Shown: piece by piece, positions 1-8,956 of the stretch | How the letters are laid out: each line of letters begins with the position of its first letter | How positions within the stretch are numbered: the first letter of the stretch is position 1 | From: an uncultured bacterium | GTDB taxonomy: Bacteria > Krumholzibacteriota > Krumholzibacteriia > LZORAL124-64-63 | Assembly: GCA_963732385.1 (NCBI GenBank) | Contig: CAVSZB010000008.1 | Coordinates: 128,001-192,000 of the forward strand | Length of the DNA stretch: 64,000 bases | Direction: 5' to 3' | Position numbers and translations under genes: made by a program | Notes under the pieces: model-generated | Seen by the model: the letters and a program-made list of their open reading frames with translations, nothing else | What the model was told of the DNA's origin: nothing | Database searches by the model: none

Positions 1-2511
1 AGTTCCGCTGTCGATCTGCAGGGACTCGAGGTAGGCGACCGCGGCGTCGTCGCCGCGTCCGGCTTCGAGATAGAAGCGCGCCAAAGCGAGGCATTCCGCT
101 GCGCCCAGCAGGCGGCGCCCGGCGAGCTGCCGCACCGAGTGCAGCACCTCCTTCTGCCGCGCCGGATCGCAGCGCAAAGCCCGGCCGTACGCACGCAACG
201 CCTCCTGCATGTCCCCGGCGGCGCCGAGAACGTCGCCGAGCAGCTTGTGCGCGCGCGCCAGACCGGGGTCGGCCGCGAGCACGGCGCGCAGCAGGTCCGC
301 CAGCACGGTCAGGGGCGGATCGGCCAGTTGCAGCGCCAGTTCACACTCCGTCATCGCGTCGGCCGGGTTCCCCTCCTCGCACAGCAGCCGGGCCCGGAAC
401 GCGCGCAGATGGCCGATCCGCGCGGCCGGCAGCGCCTGCTCCGCCCGCGGCAGCAGCTCGCCCAGCCGGCGGAAGCGCCCGGCTGTCGCCAGCCCGTCGA
501 GGTAGGGCATCCAGATCTCCGCCCGCTCCGGCTCGGCCGCCAGCAGACTCTCGAAGAACAGGCAGACTTCCTCCACCCGGGCGGTGTCCCGCTCGAACAC
601 CGGACTCAGCAGCGCCATCGCCTCGTCCAGTCGGTCATCCACCCGCAGCAGGCGAGCGCCGGCCAGAGCGACATCTCCCCGTCCGGGGTGGAGCCGGGCG
701 TGGGTCAGCAACAGGTTCAGTACCCGTGTCTCGAGGTCGGGGCGCGTGGCTGTCAGCGTTGCCAGATCGTGCAGCCCCCCAGTTTCGTCGCCGCCGAACA
801 GACACGCCGCGGCACGTGGCAGGACATAACTGACCGCGGTGATTTCGGGTCCCGCCAGCGCTTCGCGCAGGGCCCGCGCCTGGTCCGGGTCGGCGATCGC
901 TGCCGTGACGAGCGAGTCCGCCAGCTCCTCGAGTTCAGCCGGTTCCGCGGCGGTTGCGGTGGCGAGCCAGGGACGCAGGAGCGCCCCGTCGCCGCGCCGC
1001 GCCAGCGGACCGATCAGCGCGGTCAGGCAGGCCGCAGCCGGCGTGACAGCAGCGAAGGCGGCGCGCGTCAGGTCGCACAACTCTCGCCAGGGCTCGTCGG
1101 TGAGATCGTCGCTGCTCCTCCAGAGCAGAGGCAGGCGCGCGTTGACACCGGCGGCGTCGCCGGTCGCGACGTGCAGTCGCACGAGCGCCGGCAGCCAGCG
1201 TCGCAGGTCCGCTGTGGACGCGATCGTGGTCGCCGCGGCGATGGCCAGCTCGCCGGTCAGCGGATCGCTGACGAGCTCAGGTTGAGTCGGCGGCAGCCCG
1301 AGCCGCTGCTCGATGGCCCGCGCCAAAGGCGCGATCCGTGTTTGCCCGAGCGCCGGTCCGCCGGCAAGCAGACGGTCCAGGTTTTCGGCGTCGTCCGTGG
1401 TGATCGCCAGTAGTGCGGCGTTCGCCGTCACTGACGGTGAAGCCGACACCTCCAGATAGGAGGCGAGCAAGGTCTTCAATTCGGCGGCGTCCAGCCAGGG
1501 GCGGGTGCGCAGGTGTTCCAGTGCGGCGCCAAGCGCGGGACCGTCTTCAGCGCGGGCGAGCAACTCCAGCCGGAGCAGCGCGTAGGGGCGCGCTTCCGGA
1601 CCGTCGGCTTCGGCCGAGGGGGAGAGCAGGTCGATCAAAGAAGCGGCTCCCTGCGGATCGCGCGCCACCGCTTCGCGGTAGCGGGTCACGGCCTCCTCGT
1701 GGCGGCCCGCGAGTCGCGCGAGATGGCCACGGGTGCGCAGCAGCGCCGTGACGTCCGTGAGCAGCGGGGTGATTTCCACCACGATTTCCTCGACGGCGCC
1801 GATCAGTTCGCGATCCCGCTCGGCGGCGGCAAGCAGGGCCGACAGTCCTTCCAGAGTTCGTCCATCGCGGGCCCGCGCCTCCCCCAGCAGTGCGAGCAGG
1901 CGGGGAGGGATCTGCTGCGAGCGCGCGCGCCGGTCGAGCAGCGCCAGCAACGCGCTGCGCGCCTCATCGTCGGCGCGCACCAGGTGTGTGCCGTGGGCAG
2001 CGGCGCCGTCGAAGTCCTTGAGCGCGAGGGCGAAATGGAAGCTCCCCCACAGGGCGAGCCGGCGCGAACTGCCATCACTGCCGTTCGCCAGTCCGCGGTG
2101 CGTGTCGAGGCTGGCCAGCTTGGTGGCGTAGCGTTCGAGCACCTGGCGCAACTGGGCTTCCGCCAGCGGCTCCAGGATGAGCGACGCCTCCTCGTGCTCG
2201 CCGCGCGACAGATGATCCTCGAACAGGAACTGGGCGCATGGCAGGTTGGCAGTTGCGCGGAAGTTGTCTGTCACGACAGCCAGCGCGTCGGGATGCAGAT
2301 CCGGATACTGCCGGAGCAGGGCGCGCAATTCCGTCAGTCCCGCATGCGCGTCCCCGAGATCGAGACAGGCTCGCGCCAGTTCGATCCGGTAGGGCGGCGT
2401 GTCGGGGTGTTCCTGAACCCACTCGGCCAGTTTGCGCCGCGCCCGGGCGAGGTCGCCCTTGACACGCAGCGACTCCGCCTTCTGCAGATTGCGTTCACAG
2501 TTCCTGTCCAT
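1..2511 (-). CDS. Large TPR-repeat protein, partial (runs off the window start, at least 837 aa)
   Basis: ATG at 2511 (MDRNCERNLQKAESLRVKGDLARARRKL...). The frame translates as TPR-like helices at both ends (...ECLALARFYLEAGRGDDAAVAYLESLQID). It is absent from the ORF track, consistent with no stop inside the window. Confidence 0.8.
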   Translation of the reverse strand, partial: MDRNCERNLQKAESLRVKGDLARARRKLAEWVQEHPDTPPYRIELARACLDLGDAHAGLTELRALLRQYPDLHPDALAVVTDNFRATANLPCAQFLFEDHLSRGEHEEASLILEPLAEAQLRQVLERYATKLASLDTHRGLANGSDGSSRRLALWGSFHFALALKDFDGAAAHGTHLVRADDEARSALLALLDRRARSQQIPPRLLALLGEARARDGRTLEGLSALLAAAERDRELIGAVEEIVVEITPLLTDVTALLRTRGHLARLAGRHEEAVTRYREAVARDPQGAASLIDLLSPSAEADGPEARPYALLRLELLARAEDGPALGAALEHLRTRPWLDAAELKTLLASYLEVSASPSVTANAALLAITTDDAENLDRLLAGGPALGQTRIAPLARAIEQRLGLPPTQPELVSDPLTGELAIAAATTIASTADLRRWLPALVRLHVATGDAAGVNARLPLLWRSSDDLTDEPWRELCDLTRAAFAAVTPAAACLTALIGPLARRGDGALLRPWLATATAAEPAELEELADSLVTAAIADPDQARALREALAGPEITAVSYVLPRAAACLFGGDETGGLHDLATLTATRPDLETRVLNLLLTHARLHPGRGDVALAGARLLRVDDRLDEAMALLSPVFERDTARVEEVCLFFESLLAAEPERAEIWMPYLDGLATAGRFRRLGELLPRAEQALPAARIGHLRAFRARLLCEEGNPADAMTECELALQLADPPLTVLADLLRAVLAADPGLARAHKLLGDVLGAAGDMQEALRAYGRALRCDPARQKEVLHSVRQLAGRRLLGAAECLALARFYLEAGRGDDAAVAYLESLQIDSGT

Positions 2512-2550
2512 ACCCCGCCCTCTCGCCCGGAGGCCTGTCATCCCGGTAAA

Positions 2551-2577
2551 GGATCGGACGCTGGAAGCCCGCCTTGA
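2551..2577 (-). promoter_or_regulatory. Putative sigma-28 (FliA-type) promoter upstream of the TPR gene
   Basis: Minus strand TCAA-N15-TCCGATCC versus consensus TAAA-N15-GCCGATAA; the same pattern occurs at 13554-13580. Confidence 0.45.
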
Positions 2578-2655
2578 GCGCGGCGCGCACCGGTTCGGAG
2601 CCGATCCGACGAGAAATTGGCTTCTGCTCCCGAAATCACTTATCGATAGAGGATC

Positions 2656-3339
2656 ATGCAAACCCCCATCACCCTCCTGGTGCTGCTCTTTTCCGTCGTG
2701 ATTCACGAATGCGCCCACGGGTGGACCGCGGAACGCTGCGGTGATGGCACGGCCCGTGAAGAGGGGCGCCTAACGCTCAATCCACTGCGGCACATCGATC
2801 CCGTCGGCACCATTCTGGTGCCCCTGATCCTGGCGCTGCTGCCTGGCGGGATGGTATTCGGATGGGCCAAGCCGGTGCCGGTCAACCCCTGGCGCCTGCG
2901 GGACATGCGGCGTGATCAGGCGCTCGTCGCTGCCGCCGGCCCCGTCAGCAATCTGTTGCTGGCCGCCGTCTGCGCCCTGCTTCAGGGATTGCTGGCGGGA
3001 CTCGCCGGCCTGCCGACGGGCCCTCTCGGAGCGGGGCTGTTCGCCGATCTGAAGCTGTTCCTTTTTCAGCTGCTCGGCGCCGGCATCTATATCAACGTGC
3101 TGCTGGCTCTCTTCAATCTGATCCCGCTGCCTCCGCTCGACGGCAGTTGGATCGTGCTGCGCTGGCTGCGCGGAGAGGCCGCAGTGGCCTACGACCGGCT
3201 CCGGCCGTTCGGCTTCTTCATCGTTCTCATCCTGATGAACTTCGGCCTCGGGGGGGCTCTGAACCGGGTTGTCATGGTGGTGGCTGGGCGCTACATCGAT
3301 CTGGCCAACTTCGTCCTTCGCCTAGTCCGCTCTATTTAA
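2656..3339 (+). CDS. Site-2 protease (peptidase M50, membrane zinc metalloprotease)
   Basis: HECAH (HEXXH), NPLRHIDP, GWAKPVPVNP and NLIPLPPLDG motifs; hydrophobic segments. Confidence 0.95.
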   Translation: MQTPITLLVLLFSVVIHECAHGWTAERCGDGTAREEGRLTLNPLRHIDPVGTILVPLILALLPGGMVFGWAKPVPVNPWRLRDMRRDQALVAAAGPVSNLLLAAVCALLQGLLAGLAGLPTGPLGAGLFADLKLFLFQLLGAGIYINVLLALFNLIPLPPLDGSWIVLRWLRGEAAVAYDRLRPFGFFIVLILMNFGLGGALNRVVMVVAGRYIDLANFVLRLVRSI

Positions 3340-3341
3340 TC

Positions 3342-3361
3342 CCTTGTGCCGTCGAGATTGT
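3342..3361 (+). repeat. Terminal inverted repeat at the transposase 3' side
   Basis: ccttgtgccgtcgagattgt, 19/20 match to the reverse complement of 4545-4564. Confidence 0.85.
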
Positions 3362-3406
3362 TGCCGAGCTTAGCCATAAGCATATGTAGCCACTTTCGAA
3401 TCACGC

Positions 3407-4513
3407 TCAGAACGCATACTTCAGTTCATGCCGCCTGTTGCGCCCCAGTACCGGCGTGATCACCAGCCGTTCATAGTACTCCGCCCACCTCTGCGGCAAC
3501 TTGATCCGGGTCCGGAACAGCCGTTCTTTCAGCACCTCCTCCACTCGCAGCGGTCGATCGAGCATCCCCTTGAGCATCGCCGGCGTCTGTCGACACCGCT
3601 TTTCCCGCCGGTAATTCAGGTAGTTGCGCCAGGTCAGGAAGATCACCATCCGCTCCGACGAGCCCTGCCGCCGCTTCGACGCTGCGATCGTCTCCCGCTT
3701 GTGGTTGGCCTGGGCGTGCCGGAGGATCAGGTCGAGCAGGTTGATCTCGAACAGCAGGTTGTCCGCGTCCCGCCGCTGCGTTGATGGCGTGATGAGGTGA
3801 TGGATCAGGCAGTCGAGCCCGCGGAAGGCCCGCGGATAGGCGCGGTGGTCGTCACTCCTGAGTGTCACCTCCGATTCGTGGGTCAGGACGGTTTCGAGCA
3901 GGTGGCGGACGTCCTTCTCGACCGCCCTGGGGTCGGGTCGGCCGAGGCGCAGTTCGAGCTGTTCGCGGCGGCGTTTCTGCTGGTCGGTCATGCGACCCTT
4001 GCGGCGCAAGGGGCTGTCGGAGAAGTACCAGAAGAAGCTGGTGTCGGCCTCGGCGAGCAGGTGGTGGTGGAAGGGGTGGTACTGGCTGAACTCGTAGGAC
4101 TCGAAGCCGTCCAGGACGAGGTCACCCTGAGGACGGACTCCGGCGATGAGCTGGGTGTGGAACAGCATGCAGTGGCGTCCGATGCGGGCGATGAGGCGAT
4201 CGATGGTGGAGGGTGCGGCGCGGACATCGCGAGCGATCTGACGGTTGGCCATGCCGCCGACGGTCTTCAAGAAGATGAGTTGGGGCAGATCGGGACGTTT
4301 GAGCCAGTAGGTGGAGGCGAAGGTCTGTGAACTGAAGGAGCGGTGGCAGTGCAGACATGTAAACCTCTGGACACGGTGGGGGGCGATGAGACGGGCGAAG
4401 AAGCCGGCGCGCTTGAAGCGCCAGCCTGAGGTCAAGGTGTTGTGGTGCAGACAGTTGGGGTTGGGACAGAAGGGCGGGAGGAAACAGGTTGAGGGGTGAT
4501 TGAGGGCGTCCAT
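3407..4513 (-). CDS. IS1-family-like transposase (Zn finger + HTH + RNase H-like domain), 368 aa
   Basis: CPNPNC...CLHCHRSF Zn finger; NRQIARDVRAAPSTIDR HTH; acidic motifs LVLDGFE and LRSDDHRAY; RETIAASK region; C-terminal TPAM motif. ATG 4513 lies inside the inverted repeats. Confidence 0.8.
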   Translation of the reverse strand: MDALNHPSTCFLPPFCPNPNCLHHNTLTSGWRFKRAGFFARLIAPHRVQRFTCLHCHRSFSSQTFASTYWLKRPDLPQLIFLKTVGGMANRQIARDVRAAPSTIDRLIARIGRHCMLFHTQLIAGVRPQGDLVLDGFESYEFSQYHPFHHHLLAEADTSFFWYFSDSPLRRKGRMTDQQKRRREQLELRLGRPDPRAVEKDVRHLLETVLTHESEVTLRSDDHRAYPRAFRGLDCLIHHLITPSTQRRDADNLLFEINLLDLILRHAQANHKRETIAASKRRQGSSERMVIFLTWRNYLNYRREKRCRQTPAMLKGMLDRPLRVEEVLKERLFRTRIKLPQRWAEYYERLVITPVLGRNRRHELKYAF

Positions 4514-4526
4514 GGACGGGATCTGT

Positions 4527-4541
4527 GCAACGGGGACGCCA
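4527..4541 (-). promoter_or_regulatory. Putative sigma-54 -24/-12 promoter directly upstream of the transposase
   Basis: Minus strand TGGCGTCCCCGTTGC (GG-N10-GC), between the inverted repeat and the ATG. Confidence 0.5.
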
Positions 4542-4544
4542 GAG

Positions 4545-4564
4545 ACAATTTCGACGGCACAAGG
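4545..4564 (-). repeat. Terminal inverted repeat at the transposase 5' side
   Basis: acaatttcgacggcacaagg, reverse complement of ccttgtgccgtcgaaattgt. Confidence 0.85.
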
Positions 4565-4604
4565 ACCTGGCTGCAACAGGGCGGTGTTCCGGGCGGAAGA
4601 GCAC

Positions 4605-4628
4605 AGCCCTCCGCCGGGGCGGAGGGCT
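4605..4628. terminator. GC-rich hairpin, possible terminator for the small lipoprotein gene
   Basis: agccctccgcc-gg-ggcggagggct perfect inverted repeat; no clear U-tract. Confidence 0.4.
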
Positions 4629-4708
4629 CGCTCAGCAGGACTTTTCCACGTGCGCGCGGTGGGGTTGCCGGTTCGGTTCGGGAGCCGGTGATCCTCTGTC
4701 GCGGGCGG

Positions 4709-4897
4709 CTATGGCGTTTCACCTAAGTTTTCGGCGGCCCGGATCAGGTGCTGATTGACGGGCAGGCTCGGGATGGACGGCGACGGAGTCGGAGCAATTT
4801 CGATGGCGGTGGGAGCCGTGGTACTGCTGCCGCAGCCGGCGGCCAGGGCGAGGGCGGTCAGGGCTGCCAGCATGGCGAGGGCCTTCTTCAGTGACAC
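4709..4897 (-). CDS. Small putative lipoprotein (62 aa)
   Basis: AGGAGG RBS and GTG start; MSLKKALAMLAALTALALAAG-C lipobox followed by a Pro/Ser/Thr-rich tail. Confidence 0.7.
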   Translation of the reverse strand: MSLKKALAMLAALTALALAAGCGSSTTAPTAIEIAPTPSPSIPSLPVNQHLIRAAENLGETP

Positions 4898-5009
4898 GTC
4901 TGGTCCTCCTTCGGATCGCGTGGTGGTGGCGGAGGCGGCGGGGAGGGGATGATGCCGGGGACAGGTTGTGGTTCTGGCCCCTCCCTGCCGCATGCCGGGG
5001 CGCCCGGCT

Positions 5010-5024
5010 GCAAGGGCGGTGCCA
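5010..5024 (-). promoter_or_regulatory. Putative sigma-54 promoter for the small lipoprotein gene
   Basis: Minus strand TGGCACCGCCCTTGC matches TGGCAC-N5-TTGC. Confidence 0.65.
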
Positions 5025-5294
5025 CCGCACACGGGCCGCTATGCATCTTGTTCCATGGCAAGACAGTACAGGGCATGGCCCGGTCTTGAAGGAATGCGTG
5101 GCTGCCTCGTGGTTGCTTATGATGCCTTGCTGTCCTCTCACCTTGCCCGTTGCGGATCGTCCGATCTTGCAAACTGCATGTCGATCGGGGACCGGGCACA
5201 AAGCCCTTGACACCAGCGGGGTTATAGGGGAAAGTCCGTATGCCGGGACCGGGCAGGGTTCCGGGCGGTCGCCTGTCGCAAGGAGGGGAACGCG

Positions 5295-5573
5295 ATGACA
5301 AAGGCTGATATCGTCGAGGACATCGCCCAGCGAACCGGTCTGACGAAGAAGGAAGTCAGCGAAACCGTGGATCTCTTCCTGACCAAGATCAGCGACCTGC
5401 TGTCGGAGGGGAAACACTTGGAAATCCGCGGCTTCGGCACGTTCAAGGTGAAAGAGCGCAAGGAGCGGATGGCGCGCAATCCCCGCACGGGCGATGCCGT
5501 GCCGGTCCCTTCCCGTCGCGTCCCGATCTTCAAGGTCTCCAAGATGCTCAAGGACAAGGTGGCTCTGTCGTGA
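5295..5573 (+). CDS. HU/IHF-family DNA-binding protein
   Basis: MTKADIV...GFGTFKV...ARNPRTG...PIFK signature; AGGAGG RBS. Confidence 0.97.
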   Translation: MTKADIVEDIAQRTGLTKKEVSETVDLFLTKISDLLSEGKHLEIRGFGTFKVKERKERMARNPRTGDAVPVPSRRVPIFKVSKMLKDKVALS

Positions 5574-5677
5574 TCTGACCGTCCCACCGGCCGTGGTGCG
5601 GTGGTGAGGCTGCAGGGATGACAGAGAGCCTGCGGGTCGGACCGGGCGCGCGGTGGTGCCGGTGCGTCCGCGGAGGC

Positions 5678-6709
5678 ATGACCATGGCGTGGCTCGACCT
5701 GCGGAGCGACACGGTTACCCGCCCTTCGGCGGGCATGCGGCGCGCCATGGCGGAGGCGGAGGTCGGCGACGACGTTTTCGGCGATGACCCGACCGTCATC
5801 CGTCTCGAAGAACGCGTGGCCGGATTGCTCGGCAAGGCGGCGGCGCTCTACGTGCCGAGCGGCACCATGGGCAATCAACTCGCTCTGCGCGCGCAGACCC
5901 GCCACGGCGACCAGATCGTCTGCGAGGCCGGAGCGCATATCGTCCGGTACGAAGCCGGGGCTCCGGCCGCTCTCTCGGGCCTGCTGGTCACCACGGTGCA
6001 TGACCCCGACGGTGTTCTCCGCTGGGATCTGGTTGAGCCGGTGCTCAACAACCCGGCCGATCTGCACGCCGCGCCGCCCTCGCTCATCACCTTGGAGAAC
6101 ACCCACAACCGCGCCGGCGGACGGATCGTGCCGCAGGCGTTGGTGGAGGAGGCTGGTGCGCGGGCGCACGAACGCGGGCTGAAGGTCCATCTCGACGGTG
6201 CACGGCTCTGGAACGTCCACGTGGCCGGAGGGCTGGCGCTCGATCGCCTGGCGGCGCCGGCCGACACCGTGAGCGTCTGTTTCTCCAAGGGGCTCGGCGC
6301 GCCGGTGGGTTCCGCGCTGGCCGGTCCGCGCGACACGATCGCGCGCGCGCGGCGGATCCGGAAGCAGTGGGGCGGCGGCATGCGGCAGGTCGGCATTCTC
6401 GCTGCGGCCTGCCTCTACGCGCTCGACCATCATCTGGAGCGGCTGGCCGAGGACCATGACCATGCGCGGGCGTTGGTGGAGAGGCTGGAGAACCCGCGGC
6501 TGCGCCCGTTGCACCCGGTCGAAACGAATATCGTGATCCTGGGCGTGCAGCCGCCCGCGACTGCGGAAGGTCTGCTCGCCCATCTGCGGGCGGAAGGAAT
6601 CCTCGCCGTGCCGTTCGGTCCGGACCGGGTGCGCTTCATCCCCAATCTGGACGTCGACGCCGCGGGGATCGCGCGCGTCATCGCGGCGCTCAACGCCTGG
6701 CGCGGCTGA
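5678..6709 (+). CDS. ltaE: Low-specificity L-threonine aldolase
   Basis: DLRSDTVT, GDDVFGDDP, PSGTMGN, LENTHN, HLDGAR, SKGLGAPVGS, GGGMRQ motifs; start 5678 or 5684. Confidence 0.95.
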   Translation: MTMAWLDLRSDTVTRPSAGMRRAMAEAEVGDDVFGDDPTVIRLEERVAGLLGKAAALYVPSGTMGNQLALRAQTRHGDQIVCEAGAHIVRYEAGAPAALSGLLVTTVHDPDGVLRWDLVEPVLNNPADLHAAPPSLITLENTHNRAGGRIVPQALVEEAGARAHERGLKVHLDGARLWNVHVAGGLALDRLAAPADTVSVCFSKGLGAPVGSALAGPRDTIARARRIRKQWGGGMRQVGILAAACLYALDHHLERLAEDHDHARALVERLENPRLRPLHPVETNIVILGVQPPATAEGLLAHLRAEGILAVPFGPDRVRFIPNLDVDAAGIARVIAALNAWRG

Positions 6710-6739
6710 GCGGCGCCTCCCGGCGGGAAGGGCGGAATC

Positions 6740-7564
6740 ATGCACGACAATGCGCATCCCGGCACGATGGACGCCTGGACCGTGTCGCCGGAACAGGCGG
6801 CGGCGATCGCGGCGGCATTTGTGGCCGACACGGTCGCGGCGTCCGGCGCGGCGGGCGTCGTGGTCGGCCTCTCGGGCGGCATCGACTCGGCGGTGGCGGC
6901 GGCGCTCGCGGTGCGCGGGCTCGGCGCGTCGCGGGTGCGGGGACTGCTGCTGCCGTACGTCACCAGCGCTCCCACCTCCCTGTCCGACGCGCGGGCAGTG
7001 GCCGCGTGCCTCGGTGTGCAGACGGAACTGCTCGATATCACCGCGGTGGTGGACGCCCTGCTGCAGCGACTGCCCAACACGAATCGGGTTCGGCGGGGCA
7101 ACGTGATGGCGCGCGTGCGGATGATCGCACTCTTCGACCTGTCGGCGCGCGAGAGAGCGCTCGTGCTTGGCACCGGCAATCGCAGTGAGATCCTGCTCGG
7201 CTACACGACCCTGCACGGCGATGCGGCCTGCGGTCTCAACCCGATCGGCAATCTCTACAAGACGGAAATCCGCAGTCTCGCCGCCCATCTGGGGTTGCCC
7301 GAGGCGGTCATCTGCAAGCCCCCGAGCGCCGACCTGTGGGTGGGGCAGGCGGACGAGGAAGAACTGGGATTCACCTATGCCGAGGTCGACCGGCTGCTGC
7401 ATCACCTGGTGGACGAGGAGTTGGGAGACCGCCAGCTGGCGGCGCTCGGCTTCGCGCCCGATCTGGTATCGCAGGTGCGCGCCCGGGTGCGTGCCATGGC
7501 GTTCAAGCGCCGCCTGCCGCTCATGGCCGACTTTCCCGGCCGGTTGTCGCCGGCGGACGGCTGA
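6740..7564 (+). CDS. nadE: NH3-dependent NAD+ synthetase
   Basis: GLSGGIDS, GNVMARVRM, GTGNRSE, GYTTLHGD, KPPSADL, QADEEELG. Confidence 0.95.
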   Translation: MHDNAHPGTMDAWTVSPEQAAAIAAAFVADTVAASGAAGVVVGLSGGIDSAVAAALAVRGLGASRVRGLLLPYVTSAPTSLSDARAVAACLGVQTELLDITAVVDALLQRLPNTNRVRRGNVMARVRMIALFDLSARERALVLGTGNRSEILLGYTTLHGDAACGLNPIGNLYKTEIRSLAAHLGLPEAVICKPPSADLWVGQADEEELGFTYAEVDRLLHHLVDEELGDRQLAALGFAPDLVSQVRARVRAMAFKRRLPLMADFPGRLSPADG

Positions 7565-7569
7565 GTGTC

Positions 7570-8316
7570 GTGGCCTCCCTGGAGTTGCCGGCGATCGACT
7601 TTCCGCCCGGCGGGTGTCTGTTCGTGGCGACACCGATCGGCAACCTCGACGACATGACGCTGCGCGGGTTGGCCGCGCTCGCGGCGGCCGACACGGTGTA
7701 CGCGGAGGACACCCGGCGCACACGCCGGTTGTTGTCCCGCTATGGGCTCCCGGCCCGCCTGGTGAGCTACCACGACCACAGCCGCGCCGGCGTGGTGGAA
7801 GGCATCGTGGAGCGCCTGCGCGCGGGCGAGCGGGTCGTGGTCGTGAGCGACGCCGGCACGCCGGCCATCTCCGACCCGGGCTTTTCGCTGCTGCGCGCCC
7901 TGCGCGCGGCGGGGTTGCCGTGGTCGACGGTGCCGGGACCGTCGAGCGTGTTGGCGGCGCTGTTGCTGGCCGGCTTTCCCACCGACCGGTTCCTGTTCGC
8001 CGGGTATCCGCCGCGGCGGCCGGGGGCGGCGCGGCGCTTTCTGCAGGCGGCGCTCGATGCCGGCTGCACCACGGTGGTGCTCGAATCGTGCCACCGCGCG
8101 CGCGCCACGCTCGGCATGGTGGCAGAACTGGCGCCGGGTCGGGAAATTGCGCTCGCGCGCGAGATCACGAAGGTCCACGAGGAGACGCTGCGCGGCACCG
8201 CCGCGCAAGTGCTCGGGATGATGACGGGACCGCGGCTCAAAGGCGAACTGGTGCTGGTGCTCCGCGGCGGGGACGGCGCGGACGACACGGCCCCGGAAGA
8301 TCCGGACGGGGAGTAG
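7570..8316 (+). CDS. rsmI: 16S rRNA C1402 2'-O-methyltransferase
   Basis: VATPIGNL, AEDTR, SDAGTPAISDPG, PGPS, REITKVHEE; start approximate. Confidence 0.93.
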   Translation: MASLELPAIDFPPGGCLFVATPIGNLDDMTLRGLAALAAADTVYAEDTRRTRRLLSRYGLPARLVSYHDHSRAGVVEGIVERLRAGERVVVVSDAGTPAISDPGFSLLRALRAAGLPWSTVPGPSSVLAALLLAGFPTDRFLFAGYPPRRPGAARRFLQAALDAGCTTVVLESCHRARATLGMVAELAPGREIALAREITKVHEETLRGTAAQVLGMMTGPRLKGELVLVLRGGDGADDTAPEDPDGE

Positions 8317-8320
8317 CGTC

Positions 8321-8956
8321 GTGGGCATGGCGGAGATCAAGCAGGGGTTCCGCGCGGTGGTGCGTCCTCTCGTGCATGCGCTCGACCGGCTCGGTGTTTC
8401 GCCGCTCGGCGTGACCCTCGCCGGCCTCGCGCTCAGCGCGGCGGCCGCCGTGGTGATCGCCGGCGGGCGGCTGCGGCTGGGGGCGTTGCTGCTGACGCTC
8501 GGCGCCGGGCTCGACATGGTCGACGGCGACCTGGCGCGCCTGCAGGGGCGCGCGTCGAAGCAGGGCGCGTTCCTCGATTCCAACCTCGACCGTCTGGCCG
8601 AGGCGTTCGTCTTCCTGGGGCTGCTCTGGTTCTACCTCACCGCCCTGCCGCAGCCCCGCCCGATCACCGCGATGCTGGCCATGGCCGCGGTCGTCGGCTC
8701 GCTCACGACCAGTTACGCCCGGGCGCGCGCCGAGGGACTCGGCACGACCTGCGGTGAGGGTATTTTCCAGCGGCCCGAGCGCATGGTTCTCCTGCTCGTG
8801 GGACTGCTGCTGGGCTGGAGAGGGCTGGAGTGGGTCATCGGGGCTCTGGCCGTGCTCAGCCTGGCCACGACGGTGCAGCGCATCATCCACGTCAGTCGTA
8901 AGCTTGCGGTCGAGGCGCCGGCCGACCGACGCGGGCGGGGGAGGCGAAAGTCATGA
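8321..8956 (+). CDS. CDP-alcohol phosphatidyltransferase (PgsA/PI-synthase-like)
   Basis: DMVDGDLAR...GAFLDSNLDR motif; SYARARAEGLG. Confidence 0.92.
   Translation: MGMAEIKQGFRAVVRPLVHALDRLGVSPLGVTLAGLALSAAAAVVIAGGRLRLGALLLTLGAGLDMVDGDLARLQGRASKQGAFLDSNLDRLAEAFVFLGLLWFYLTALPQPRPITAMLAMAAVVGSLTTSYARARAEGLGTTCGEGIFQRPERMVLLLVGLLLGWRGLEWVIGALAVLSLATTVQRIIHVSRKLAVEAPADRRGRGRRKS

Larger units (their letters stand above)
3342..4564 (-). mobile_element. IS1-like insertion sequence, about 1.22 kb, single ORF
   Basis: 20-bp inverted repeats with 1 mismatch (3342-3361 and 4545-4564) flank a transposase ORF; no clean target-site duplication seen. Confidence 0.75.

Noticed and set aside
3330..4575. Target-site duplication around the IS
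   Set aside because: The flanks (tatttaatc and acctggctg) do not match, so no duplication can be supported.
5207..5235. Perfect TTGACA upstream of the HU gene
   Set aside because: No convincing -10 box at 16-18 bp spacing.
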